64,000 nt of DNA. Origin: an uncultured bacterium. Lineage in GTDB: Bacteria > Babelota > Babeliae > Babelales > Babelaceae. Shown piece by piece: positions 56,096 to 64,000 of this stretch. Where the stretch lies: the NCBI GenBank assembly GCA_963722385.1, contig CAVRKK010000002.1, positions 864,001-928,000 on the forward strand, read 5' to 3'. The position numbers and the translations under genes were made by a program. Under the pieces are notes generated by a model. That model ran no database searches and was not told the DNA's origin. It saw only the letters and a program-made list of their open reading frames with translations. Position 1 is the first letter of the stretch, and each line of letters starts with the position of its first letter.

Positions 56096-57484
56096 ATGAT
56101 CGTTATTGAGAAGCTATTTTCTCAACCAGAGCTTAACCGCGTGCGGCAAGCTCTGCAAGCGATTGAAGTTGCTGGTGGTAAAGCGTATCTTGTCGGTGGC
56201 GCTGTTCGTGATCTGCTTCTTGATAGAGTTGCCAAGGATAGCGATATAGAAGTTCACTATCTTTCGCTCGAAGAGCTAGAGAAAGTGCTGCAAGCATATG
56301 GCGTTGTAAATCAGGTGGGCAAATTTTTTGGCGTGCTTAAGTGGGAGCATAGCGCGATTGATTGGTCAATCCCGCGGCGTGATTTTGCGGGCAGAAGACC
56401 TGATGTTGAGCTTAACCCCGCAATGGGTATTAAGCAAGCGCTCAGGCGCCGCGACCTTACGATTAATGCTATGGCTCTTGATTTGGCAACGGGGGACCTG
56501 ATTGATCCTTTTAATGGGCAAAGTGACCTGAGTAACCGTGTTGCACGCAGCCCTGACATCAAATTTTTTGCCGAAGATCCGTTGCGGTTCTATCGTGTTA
56601 TGCAATTTATTGCGCGCTTTGAGCTTGTCCCTGATGCTGAGCTTAATGAGCTATGCCGTACCATGGAGATTGCATCTGTTTCTGTAGAGCGCATTGAAGC
56701 TGAGTTCGACAAGCTGTTCTTGCTCGCTCGTTCCCCTTCCCGTGGGATTCGCTGGGTGGCTGTGCTTGGTCGGCTTTCTGAGGTCTTGCCTGAGTTGGCG
56801 GCTACGGTGGGTATTTTGCAGCGATATGACTGGCATCCCGAGGGGGATGTATTTGAGCATACGATGCAAGCGATTGATGCAGCAGCCCAGCTTGAGTATG
56901 ACAGTCAGTACGATAAGCTTTTAATTGTATCTGCTGCGCTTTGCCATGACCTGGGTAAAGCTATTTCAACGTTTATACGTGATGGCCGTATTAGGAGTAC
57001 CGGGCACGATATTGAGGGTGTACCTCTTGCTAAAAGTCTTATGTCCCGGCTTACGCATCATAAAAAGCGTAGAGCGTCCGTCGCCAAGCTCGTATGGCAT
57101 CACATGGCGCCTGGGCTTTTTGTGCGGAACAACGCTTCTGATGCGGCTTATCGGCGCTTAGCTGTCAAGCTGGCTCCTGATGTAAATTGCTATTTATTAT
57201 CATTGCTGGCGGAGGCTGACATGCGTGGCCGAAATCCGGTGCGGGGCAGCCCGTTGCCGGGTCCGATTCCTGCCGTCGTTCAATTTCGCGAGCATGCTGA
57301 GCGAGTTGGTGTTCTCTATGGGCCAGTACCGTTTTTGCTTGTTGGGGCTGATCTTTTAGATGTTCTAAGCCCGGGGCCGGAGCTCGGAAAGGTGCTCAAG
57401 CGCGCCTATGATCTGCAAATTAATGAAAATATTACGGATAAGAGCTTGCTTAAAAAGCGAGCATTAGCCGTGCTCAAGCGCTAA
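56096..57484 (+). CDS. cca: CCA tRNA nucleotidyltransferase with HD domain
   Basis: LVGGAVRD, DSDIE, RRDLTINAMA, EDPLR, HPEGDVFEHT, CHDLGK. Confidence 0.93.
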   Translation: MIVIEKLFSQPELNRVRQALQAIEVAGGKAYLVGGAVRDLLLDRVAKDSDIEVHYLSLEELEKVLQAYGVVNQVGKFFGVLKWEHSAIDWSIPRRDFAGRRPDVELNPAMGIKQALRRRDLTINAMALDLATGDLIDPFNGQSDLSNRVARSPDIKFFAEDPLRFYRVMQFIARFELVPDAELNELCRTMEIASVSVERIEAEFDKLFLLARSPSRGIRWVAVLGRLSEVLPELAATVGILQRYDWHPEGDVFEHTMQAIDAAAQLEYDSQYDKLLIVSAALCHDLGKAISTFIRDGRIRSTGHDIEGVPLAKSLMSRLTHHKKRRASVAKLVWHHMAPGLFVRNNASDAAYRRLAVKLAPDVNCYLLSLLAEADMRGRNPVRGSPLPGPIPAVVQFREHAERVGVLYGPVPFLLVGADLLDVLSPGPELGKVLKRAYDLQINENITDKSLLKKRALAVLKR

Positions 57485-57496
57485 GAATCGAATCGC

Positions 57497-57928
57497 TGCT
57501 TGGCCAGCGGAGCTTAGGCGAAGCCGGGCGCGGCTGGCCAAGCACATTGAATCACCTTAAATTGAATTGAAAAATTGAATTGAACTGAATCGCCTGCGCG
57601 GCTGGCGGCTAAGGGACATCGTCCCTTAGCAATCCCGATGCAATAGTAGAGATGAGTAACGCATGCGTGTGAGTAGTTATCGTACGCCGAAGCGTACGAT
57701 AACTTACGCTATTATCATGTACGCTGCGCTCCATGATAAAAAATTAATATCGCTTTCTATTTTCCGTCAGGAAAATTGCGTTTGCCGTAATCATGCGCTC
57801 CGCATGGTTACGGCGTCACAGAAGTAAACAATAAGCATGTGGGGGAATAAAACGAATCGACAGGTGCAGGAGCACGCTCCTGCTGCCCGCCGCATAGGCG
57901 CGCCCGCTGCGCAGGCGATATTTATTCC
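57497..57928. repeat. Cluster of about six GC-rich inverted repeats between cca and pheS
   Basis: Stems at 57497-57544, 57608-57630, 57675-57704, 57712-57739, 57784-57814, 57866-57883. Confidence 0.8.
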
Positions 57929-57934
57929 AGCCAA

Positions 57935-59026
57935 TTGTCAAATAATAAGTTGGCTGCTATGATTAAGCATATAACGTCAATACGAGCAATAGACATGCTA
58001 GACCTGCAAACAGCGATAGAAAATTTCGCGCACAACTTCTTTCAGGCCGTAGAGGCAACGCATAACGAAAGCGAGCTTGAGTCAGTACGCCTCACATACC
58101 TGAGCCGTCACGGCCAGCTGGCAGGGCTTATGGCTATGCTTAAAGATCTTTCGCCCGACCAAAAACGCCTCTGGGGCCCACGATTGAACGAGCTCAAAGA
58201 AAAAGCACATGCTGCTTTTGAACACAAAGAGAAGCTTTTCGAACAACAACAAACAAACCGCGCACTGGCGCAAAAGCAGCACTTTGATGTGACCATCGCC
58301 AAGCCCCAGTTGCAGGGCAGCCTACACCCCTACACCGCTGTCATTGAAAGCATTGAGGACATTTGTATGTCCATGGGCTTTGCTATCGTGGATGGTCCCG
58401 AAGTCGAAACACCATTCTACAATTTTGAAGCGCTTAATATTCCCGTTGACCATCCGGCCCGGGACACCCATGACACGTTCTGGCTCAATCTTCCAGGGTA
58501 CCTTTTGCGTACGCATACCTCATCAGTACAGGTGCATACCATGAAAAATAACAAGCCTCCGTTGGCGCTGTGCGCACCGGGGCGCGTTTACCGCCATGAA
58601 GCAACTGATGCTACCCATGATTTTGTTTTTAGCCAATTTGAAGTGCTCGTCATCGATAAGAATCTCGCCCTCACTCACCTGCTTGGCACCTTAAAAGTTT
58701 TTATGCAGGCGCTCTTTAAAAATCGTGACATCGATATCCGCGTCAGGCCAAGCTACTTCCCTTTTGTCGAGCCAGGCCTTGACGTCGGCGTCACCTGCCC
58801 GTTTTGTAAAACAGGCTGCTCTATTTGCAAATATAAGAGATGGATAGAGCTTGCTGGCGCCGGCATGGTACATCCCCACGTGCTTACAGCTTGCGGTATC
58901 GACCCACGCCAATGGAGCGGCTTCGCCTGGGGTATGGGAATTGAGCGTCTCGCCATGCTGATCTATCAGATCTATGATATCCGTCTCTTTAAAAGTGAGA
59001 AAGTAGAATTTCTTAAACAATTTTAA
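57935..59026 (+). CDS. pheS: Phenylalanine--tRNA ligase alpha subunit
   Basis: GSLHP, HPARDTHDTF, LRTHTS, FPFVEP, GFAWGMGIERL; CPFC..CSIC; true start probably a downstream ATG (57959 or 57995). Confidence 0.96.
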   Translation: MSNNKLAAMIKHITSIRAIDMLDLQTAIENFAHNFFQAVEATHNESELESVRLTYLSRHGQLAGLMAMLKDLSPDQKRLWGPRLNELKEKAHAAFEHKEKLFEQQQTNRALAQKQHFDVTIAKPQLQGSLHPYTAVIESIEDICMSMGFAIVDGPEVETPFYNFEALNIPVDHPARDTHDTFWLNLPGYLLRTHTSSVQVHTMKNNKPPLALCAPGRVYRHEATDATHDFVFSQFEVLVIDKNLALTHLLGTLKVFMQALFKNRDIDIRVRPSYFPFVEPGLDVGVTCPFCKTGCSICKYKRWIELAGAGMVHPHVLTACGIDPRQWSGFAWGMGIERLAMLIYQIYDIRLFKSEKVEFLKQF

Positions 59027-59105
59027 TTAATCATGAGATTAATCAGATCGATCAATGCAGCATTAATCGGATAGAAGTCAACAAAGACAGCAGGCCGGCT
59101 AAAAA

Positions 59106-59134
59106 TTGACGCCCTTTCGTTTTGTTAGTATATT
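59106..59134 (+). promoter_or_regulatory. Sigma70-like promoter
   Basis: TTGACG-N17-TATATT upstream of ATG 59167. Confidence 0.6.
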
Positions 59135-59166
59135 CTGTTAATAACTATAATAATCGGAACAAAAAA

Positions 59167-61449
59167 ATGAAAATTTATAATATTTTTTTGGTGATTGCTT
59201 TTTTATCATTCATGGGTAACCTCGATGCTATGGAGAATCCCGGTGAATCGCAAGAAGAAATTTCTAGCAAGCAGCAAGAATTAGACCGAGCGCTGATTAA
59301 TGCAATTTACGCCAATGATGTCAATAAAGCAAAAAAAGCTCTCGAACAAGGGGCCAACCCGTGTGCTTGTGGGACGTCTGGGGAAATTCCTGCAATCATT
59401 TTAGCTGCCATTATGCCGAACGCTTTAGAGCTCATACAGCTTTTGGTAGAGCACGGGGCTGACATTAACGTCCAGTGTCCAACAGCCTGGTTTAGCGGGA
59501 GTGCGCCTATCGCGCAAGGGACACCGGCTCTTTTTGTCTTTATTGATCATAATTTGGCAAAAAATTACGAAATTACCGAGGCAGAGCTTGTTCAGTTTAT
59601 GCTTCTTGGTGCCGAGCGGTGTCTGCCACAGGGGATTTCCAGCATGCATTATCCGCTAGCTCTTAGCACTTTACTTTTTGTATATGGTTTTATACGTGCA
59701 CTCAAATTTAACTTCGTTACCCAAGAATATGTGACCAATTTTGCAATAAATATTTCTGGCATTCAAGCAATATTAGCAAAAAATGAAAAGGACAAGCTTA
59801 CCTCTCAAGACATTCAGGTACTTCGCGATTCTTTCCCGATTGCTATAGCAATGGACAATGGTATGTTTGAATTGAGCCCCCTCTTAAGTGGCCTCCTTAG
59901 ATGGTTTTCTGACTCCCTTAATCTGCTCGACGGTTTTGTCCATGCTGCGCTGATAGGCAGCAATAAAGCTTTGGAAGCAATTTATGAGGCTGATAAAGGT
60001 TTGCTATGGCCCGCAACGTTTGAAAAAGCGCTTTCTTATGCCCTTGCTCAACTTAACTATGAGAGTATATTTCAGATATTGGATATCGCGTCTGTAAATA
60101 AAATAACTATTAATTTAACTGGTTTCGAGCTTGCGGTTGTTCATCGCTTAAGTATCAAAACCATCAATAAGAAAGACCAAAGAGAATTAGAATATTTACT
60201 TTGTTGTATACGTGCTTTAGGTCTTAGTGCCGACATAGTAGTGCTTAATGAGTCGCTTATCAACGCTATTCAAGCAGATGACGTAGAGGCAGCCAAAAGT
60301 GCGCTTGCCAATGGAGCTCATGCAGATGCTCTTAATGATGGAATGCCGGCCATTATCTTAGCCGCTACCAAAAAGCATGCTTGGGACTTCATCAAGCTTT
60401 TGGTTGCTTGCGGTGCTGATATTAACACACCAAATCCGCGAGACTTCTATAGGGTAGACGAGGAGGTTGAGGAGATTGTTGTCGATGCAACACCATTTTT
60501 TATTTTCATGGCGTATCACCCTGGCATTATTACTCATGAGATGCTGACTGAATTTATGATGCTGGGAGTCCAGATTAAGCGTTATGAGTTTGTTGAAGCT
60601 TTTCGGTATGTTACAGCCGATTTAAATTCAATCTTTGAGTTGCTCTTTAAGTATGGCTTAAGGATTCCTGAGAAACCACGGCCATGTGTTTGTTATTTAC
60701 AAGGTCAACCATTACTTGATTATATACTTCTACCAGCATTTAAAGAATACATGTTTCCGCATTTAGCTGAATACGAAGAAGAATTGACGGCACAGTATCA
60801 GGAATTACAGGAAAAAGCCCTGTCTCAACTTGACCAATTACAGAAAAAAGCAGAAAGCAATGAGCTTACCATCAGTGATACCCAGTTGATTCAGCAAGCA
60901 TTTCTTTTTGCTATTGCGCAACATAATGATACCATATTACACATGATTCTCGAGCATTTTCTCCTCCATGTTGATTTTGTGAAAGGCTTTGACCACGCTG
61001 CCCTCATGGGCAATACGAATGCTTTGCAAGCAATTTTTAATGCCGCTTCCAATTTACCTCCAGAAACTAATTTATTATTGCCGGTAGATAGGTTATATAC
61101 AGCACTTGCCAACGCGTTAGCCCAGCGACATGTAGATGCTGTCCGTTGGATTTTGCACCTTGCCTTTCAGCGCAATATTGCTCTCGACCTTGATCGGTTC
61201 CAGCAAACACTTGTCAAAAGACTGGCGCTGCCAAGGCTTGCTAAGCGAGAACAAAAGAAGCTTAAAGATCTCGTTCAAGCTATGAACAATGCGCAAGCAG
61301 GGCGTATATTGAGTCCCTATGCACAGGGTCTTTGTTTCAGTGTTAACCAGATTACCTCACAAATCCAGCGGCTGCCACCTGAACTCTTCTCAGCGGTCAT
61401 AGCAATGCTCCTCGGCCCGCTGTATGAATCACGACATAAAAGCATATAG
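59167..61449 (+). CDS. Exported ankyrin-like protein with internal duplication and C-terminal F-box-like motif
   Basis: Signal peptide + AMEN; two modules each starting LINAI..D...AK.AL..GA..PAIILAA..LLV..GADIN; C-terminal LPPELFSAVIAML. Confidence 0.85.
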   Translation: MKIYNIFLVIAFLSFMGNLDAMENPGESQEEISSKQQELDRALINAIYANDVNKAKKALEQGANPCACGTSGEIPAIILAAIMPNALELIQLLVEHGADINVQCPTAWFSGSAPIAQGTPALFVFIDHNLAKNYEITEAELVQFMLLGAERCLPQGISSMHYPLALSTLLFVYGFIRALKFNFVTQEYVTNFAINISGIQAILAKNEKDKLTSQDIQVLRDSFPIAIAMDNGMFELSPLLSGLLRWFSDSLNLLDGFVHAALIGSNKALEAIYEADKGLLWPATFEKALSYALAQLNYESIFQILDIASVNKITINLTGFELAVVHRLSIKTINKKDQRELEYLLCCIRALGLSADIVVLNESLINAIQADDVEAAKSALANGAHADALNDGMPAIILAATKKHAWDFIKLLVACGADINTPNPRDFYRVDEEVEEIVVDATPFFIFMAYHPGIITHEMLTEFMMLGVQIKRYEFVEAFRYVTADLNSIFELLFKYGLRIPEKPRPCVCYLQGQPLLDYILLPAFKEYMFPHLAEYEEELTAQYQELQEKALSQLDQLQKKAESNELTISDTQLIQQAFLFAIAQHNDTILHMILEHFLLHVDFVKGFDHAALMGNTNALQAIFNAASNLPPETNLLLPVDRLYTALANALAQRHVDAVRWILHLAFQRNIALDLDRFQQTLVKRLALPRLAKREQKKLKDLVQAMNNAQAGRILSPYAQGLCFSVNQITSQIQRLPPELFSAVIAMLLGPLYESRHKSI

Positions 61450-61781
61450 TTTTGGGAGAAGGCATACTTTGCCAAGAACCGTGCTGCTCTTCAGATAAAC
61501 CAATGTTTGCAATAGCATCCTTTTTGAATTCAAAAGAAGTTCGTATAGATTCTGGTTGGGTAGTGCACCCCCGGCATAGAGGGTACAAGAGCAATACGGC
61601 AAGACGACTATCCTTCAAGTAGCAATGCATAGAAAAAAATTGCAATTCGCTACTATCTTACTATTGGTTATCCTTGGGATGACACCAGCAATTGCCAATG
61701 GGGCAAGAAGCCATGGTTCTTTAACTGGAGTTCTATAATTTCTTATAAGTTTGACAGGACGACAACATACTAATATTATCC

Positions 61782-61832
61782 AAAAATGCCCCCTTTTTTC
61801 TTTGTCAGTCCTTAAAAAAAGGGGGCATTTTT
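61782..61832. promoter_or_regulatory. 18-bp inverted repeat abutting a -35 box upstream of ATPase gene
   Basis: AAAAATGCCCCCTTTTTT...AAAAAAGGGGGCATTTTT followed by TTGACC at 61834. Confidence 0.55.
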
Positions 61833-61890
61833 CTTGACCTCCTATGTATAAGTGCGGTAAACTCACTTATACATATGGAGATGTTGGAGA

Positions 61891-63258
61891 ATGATTATGC
61901 AAAGAACAGCTATGCAGTTTCTCAAAGATTGGCTTCTAGATTCAAGACGAAAGCCCCTTATTATAAGAGGAGCACGTCAAGTTGGTAAAACATGGCTGGT
62001 ACGTCAATTGGCTCATGAAAATGGACTGCAACTTATTGAGCTCAATTTTGAAAAGCTTTCCCGCATAGAATCTATTTTTGAATCTAATGATCCGCGAGAT
62101 ATCTTGTTGAGGATAAGCTCTTTTTTAGATATTGAAGCAATTAATCCTCATAAAAGCCTCCTTTTTTTTGATGAAATCCAAACCTTCCCTGCGGTTCTTG
62201 CAAAGTTGCGTTGGTTTGCAGAGGATATGCCTGAACTCCCCGTCATATCAGCAGGATCTCTCTTAGAATTTGTTTTAGAAAAAACAGAATTCAGTATGCC
62301 TGTTGGGCGGATCAGTTATATGTATCTTGAGCCATTATCTTTTGAAGAGTTTTTGCTTGCACACAAGAGTACCGGACTTCTTGAGTTCATAAAATCTTAT
62401 AACTGGGGCACTCCTGTTCCGCGAGCCATTCATGAAAAGATAATGGGCCTGTTTAAAGAATATATTATTGTTGGCGGAATGCCCGTTGCAGTTTTGAGCT
62501 GGACTGAAAAACGGAGTTTACAAGCTGTTCAATTCATTCACAGTGATCTTATTACAAGTTATAGAGACGATTTTGCGCGTTATGGAACGCGCATTGATAA
62601 AAATATCCTCGATGATGTTATGCAAGAAGTCCCTAAAAAACTTGGTCAAAAATTTATGTATAGCAAAGTTAATCCTAGTGCATCAGGAACGACTATAAAA
62701 AAGGCACTCGATTTGCTTTGTATGGCACGAATATGCGCAAAAGTTGAGGGAACTGATGCTAATGGTGTTCCTTTAGGTGCTGAGGTGCAGGACCGCCAGC
62801 TCAAGGTAATTTTTTTAGATGTTGGCTTATGTTCATCGGCACTCCGATTGTCACTCGATCACATTATATCAATTAACGAAATATATCTTATTAATTCCGG
62901 TGGTATTGCCGAGCAAGTTGCTGGACAGTTATTACGAACTATTGAACCATTTTACAGAGATCCTGCTTTATATTATTGGCACCGAGAATCCGGCTCTAGC
63001 GCTGAAATAGACTATGTTATACAGCACCATAACGCGGTAGTACCCCTCGAAATAAAGGCAGGAACAACCGGAAAATTGAGATCATTGCATGTGTTTATGG
63101 GTCTAAAAAAACTTTCTCTTGCTGTAAGAGTAAATTCTGATGTTCCACAGAAATCGCTGGTCAAAACTCATGATCTTTTAGGAAAACCTGTTGAATATGA
63201 TCTTTTATCATTACCCTTCTATCTGCTGGGTGAACTACATCGGCTCTTAGCACCGTAA
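61891..63258 (+). CDS. AAA+ ATPase with DUF4143
   Basis: GARQVGKT, FDEIQ, AGSLL, GGMP, FLDVG, AEIDYVI..PLEIK. Confidence 0.9.
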   Translation: MIMQRTAMQFLKDWLLDSRRKPLIIRGARQVGKTWLVRQLAHENGLQLIELNFEKLSRIESIFESNDPRDILLRISSFLDIEAINPHKSLLFFDEIQTFPAVLAKLRWFAEDMPELPVISAGSLLEFVLEKTEFSMPVGRISYMYLEPLSFEEFLLAHKSTGLLEFIKSYNWGTPVPRAIHEKIMGLFKEYIIVGGMPVAVLSWTEKRSLQAVQFIHSDLITSYRDDFARYGTRIDKNILDDVMQEVPKKLGQKFMYSKVNPSASGTTIKKALDLLCMARICAKVEGTDANGVPLGAEVQDRQLKVIFLDVGLCSSALRLSLDHIISINEIYLINSGGIAEQVAGQLLRTIEPFYRDPALYYWHRESGSSAEIDYVIQHHNAVVPLEIKAGTTGKLRSLHVFMGLKKLSLAVRVNSDVPQKSLVKTHDLLGKPVEYDLLSLPFYLLGELHRLLAP

Positions 63259-63608
63259 TGCATAAGGAATAAAATTAATAGATATTATTTCATTATTTTT
63301 TTTGCTATAGTCTCTTTTATTGGCTCTGGTCTAGCAAAGCATCTGGTACGCAAAATGCCTTTGGTGTTGTCGCTTTGTAGCTTACCTTTTTTCTCAAGTT
63401 CACGTGAAAATCCTAATTTTCAATGTTGTACACAGGGACCTTAGTTCGTACTCAATCTATTGGCAAGTTTTTTATAAGTTTTCAGAAACGCCCTTACTTA
63501 AAAAATTTCTTCTATATCATAAAACGGTATGGGCAGTTTTCGACAAAGCTTCGGCTATGTGTGACAAACCGTTGCTCTATGTTTCCTTATGGTCATAAAT
63601 ATATATCC

Positions 63609-64000
63609 CAGGGCCGGCTCACTTAAAAATTAAAAAACTAAGATATAATGGTTCTCAAAAAACCTGGAGAACCAAGATGGAAGACAGAAATATTAGTTTT
63701 TTGGATTATACAGGTGAATTAGAAGATCCAAGAATTGAAAGAGGAAAACTGCATTCAATGGGCAGATATTCTTTTTTTAACTCTGGTAGGGGTTATAAGT
63801 GGGTGCGAGGGCTGGAAAGATATCGAATACTATGGAAAAGCTCGATTAGACGTACTTAAAAAGTATCTACCATTTGAAAATTGGGTACCAAGCGATGATA
63901 CGTTAAGGAGATTTTTTAGAGCACTTGATCCTAATGAGTTTTCTAAAATATTTGTAAAATGGGTAAGCGATTTAGTAGCATCAGTAAGGGATAACAGAGA
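63609..64000 (+). mobile_element. ISAs1-family element, left end and frameshifted transposase (runs off window)
   Basis: CAGGGC left-end motif at 63609; ATG 63677 LEDPRIERGKLHSM(fs ~63760)ADILFLTLVGVISGCEGWKDIEYYGK..VPSDDTLRRFFRALDP. Confidence 0.85.

Noticed and set aside
57497..57928. T-box riboswitch, CRISPR array or pheM attenuator
   Set aside because: No T-box consensus, no identical repeats with spacers, no Phe-rich leader peptide
61450..61780. Short minus-strand ORFs (82-83 aa)
   Set aside because: No recognisable motifs or RBS; one overlaps the upstream gene end
507..63626. Numerous 60-146-aa ORFs nested in or antisense to long genes
   Set aside because: Shadow ORFs overlapping well-supported CDSs or RNAs with no independent signals

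Overview
Bacterial chromosomal window, most consistent with an obligate intracellular protist-associated bacterium of the Babeliae/Dependentiae (TM6) type. This is inferred from three tandem Npt/TLC nucleotide translocases, a membrane pyrophosphatase, a Chlamydia-type class Ic ribonucleotide reductase and many signal-peptide ankyrin proteins. Housekeeping genes: nrdAB, hppA, lysS, recJ, cmk, lon, rpsB, dnaX, der, hpf, cca, pheS, tRNA-Ser(GGA), tRNA-Ala(GGC) and SRP RNA. The most striking accessory locus (5.4-13.4 kb, minus strand) is a CdiA-like polymorphic toxin system. A frameshifted exoprotein (~1813 aa when joined) has CdiA-like YP/FHA-2 regions, a pre-toxin TG-like domain and an RLDWDPxKGPH toxin tip, with no recognisable TPS domain and no cdiB partner in the window. 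Downstream lie a decayed immunity gene, two chimeric immunity paralogs, another putative immunity gene and an unannotated 57-aa orphan toxin tip. Other highlights: a lysyl-tRNA synthetase fused to an N-terminal B3/4 editing-type domain; exported ankyrin proteins with a signal-peptide/(A/G)-M-E junction and C-terminal F-box-like motifs; a DsbD homolog with both catalytic Cys replaced by Tyr; an unannotated Cys-rich micro-lipoprotein; a six-hairpin cluster upstream of pheS; three toxin-antitoxin loci, two with dead toxins; and TnpB and ISAs1 remnants. Family assignments come from motif recognition by eye, not database searches.
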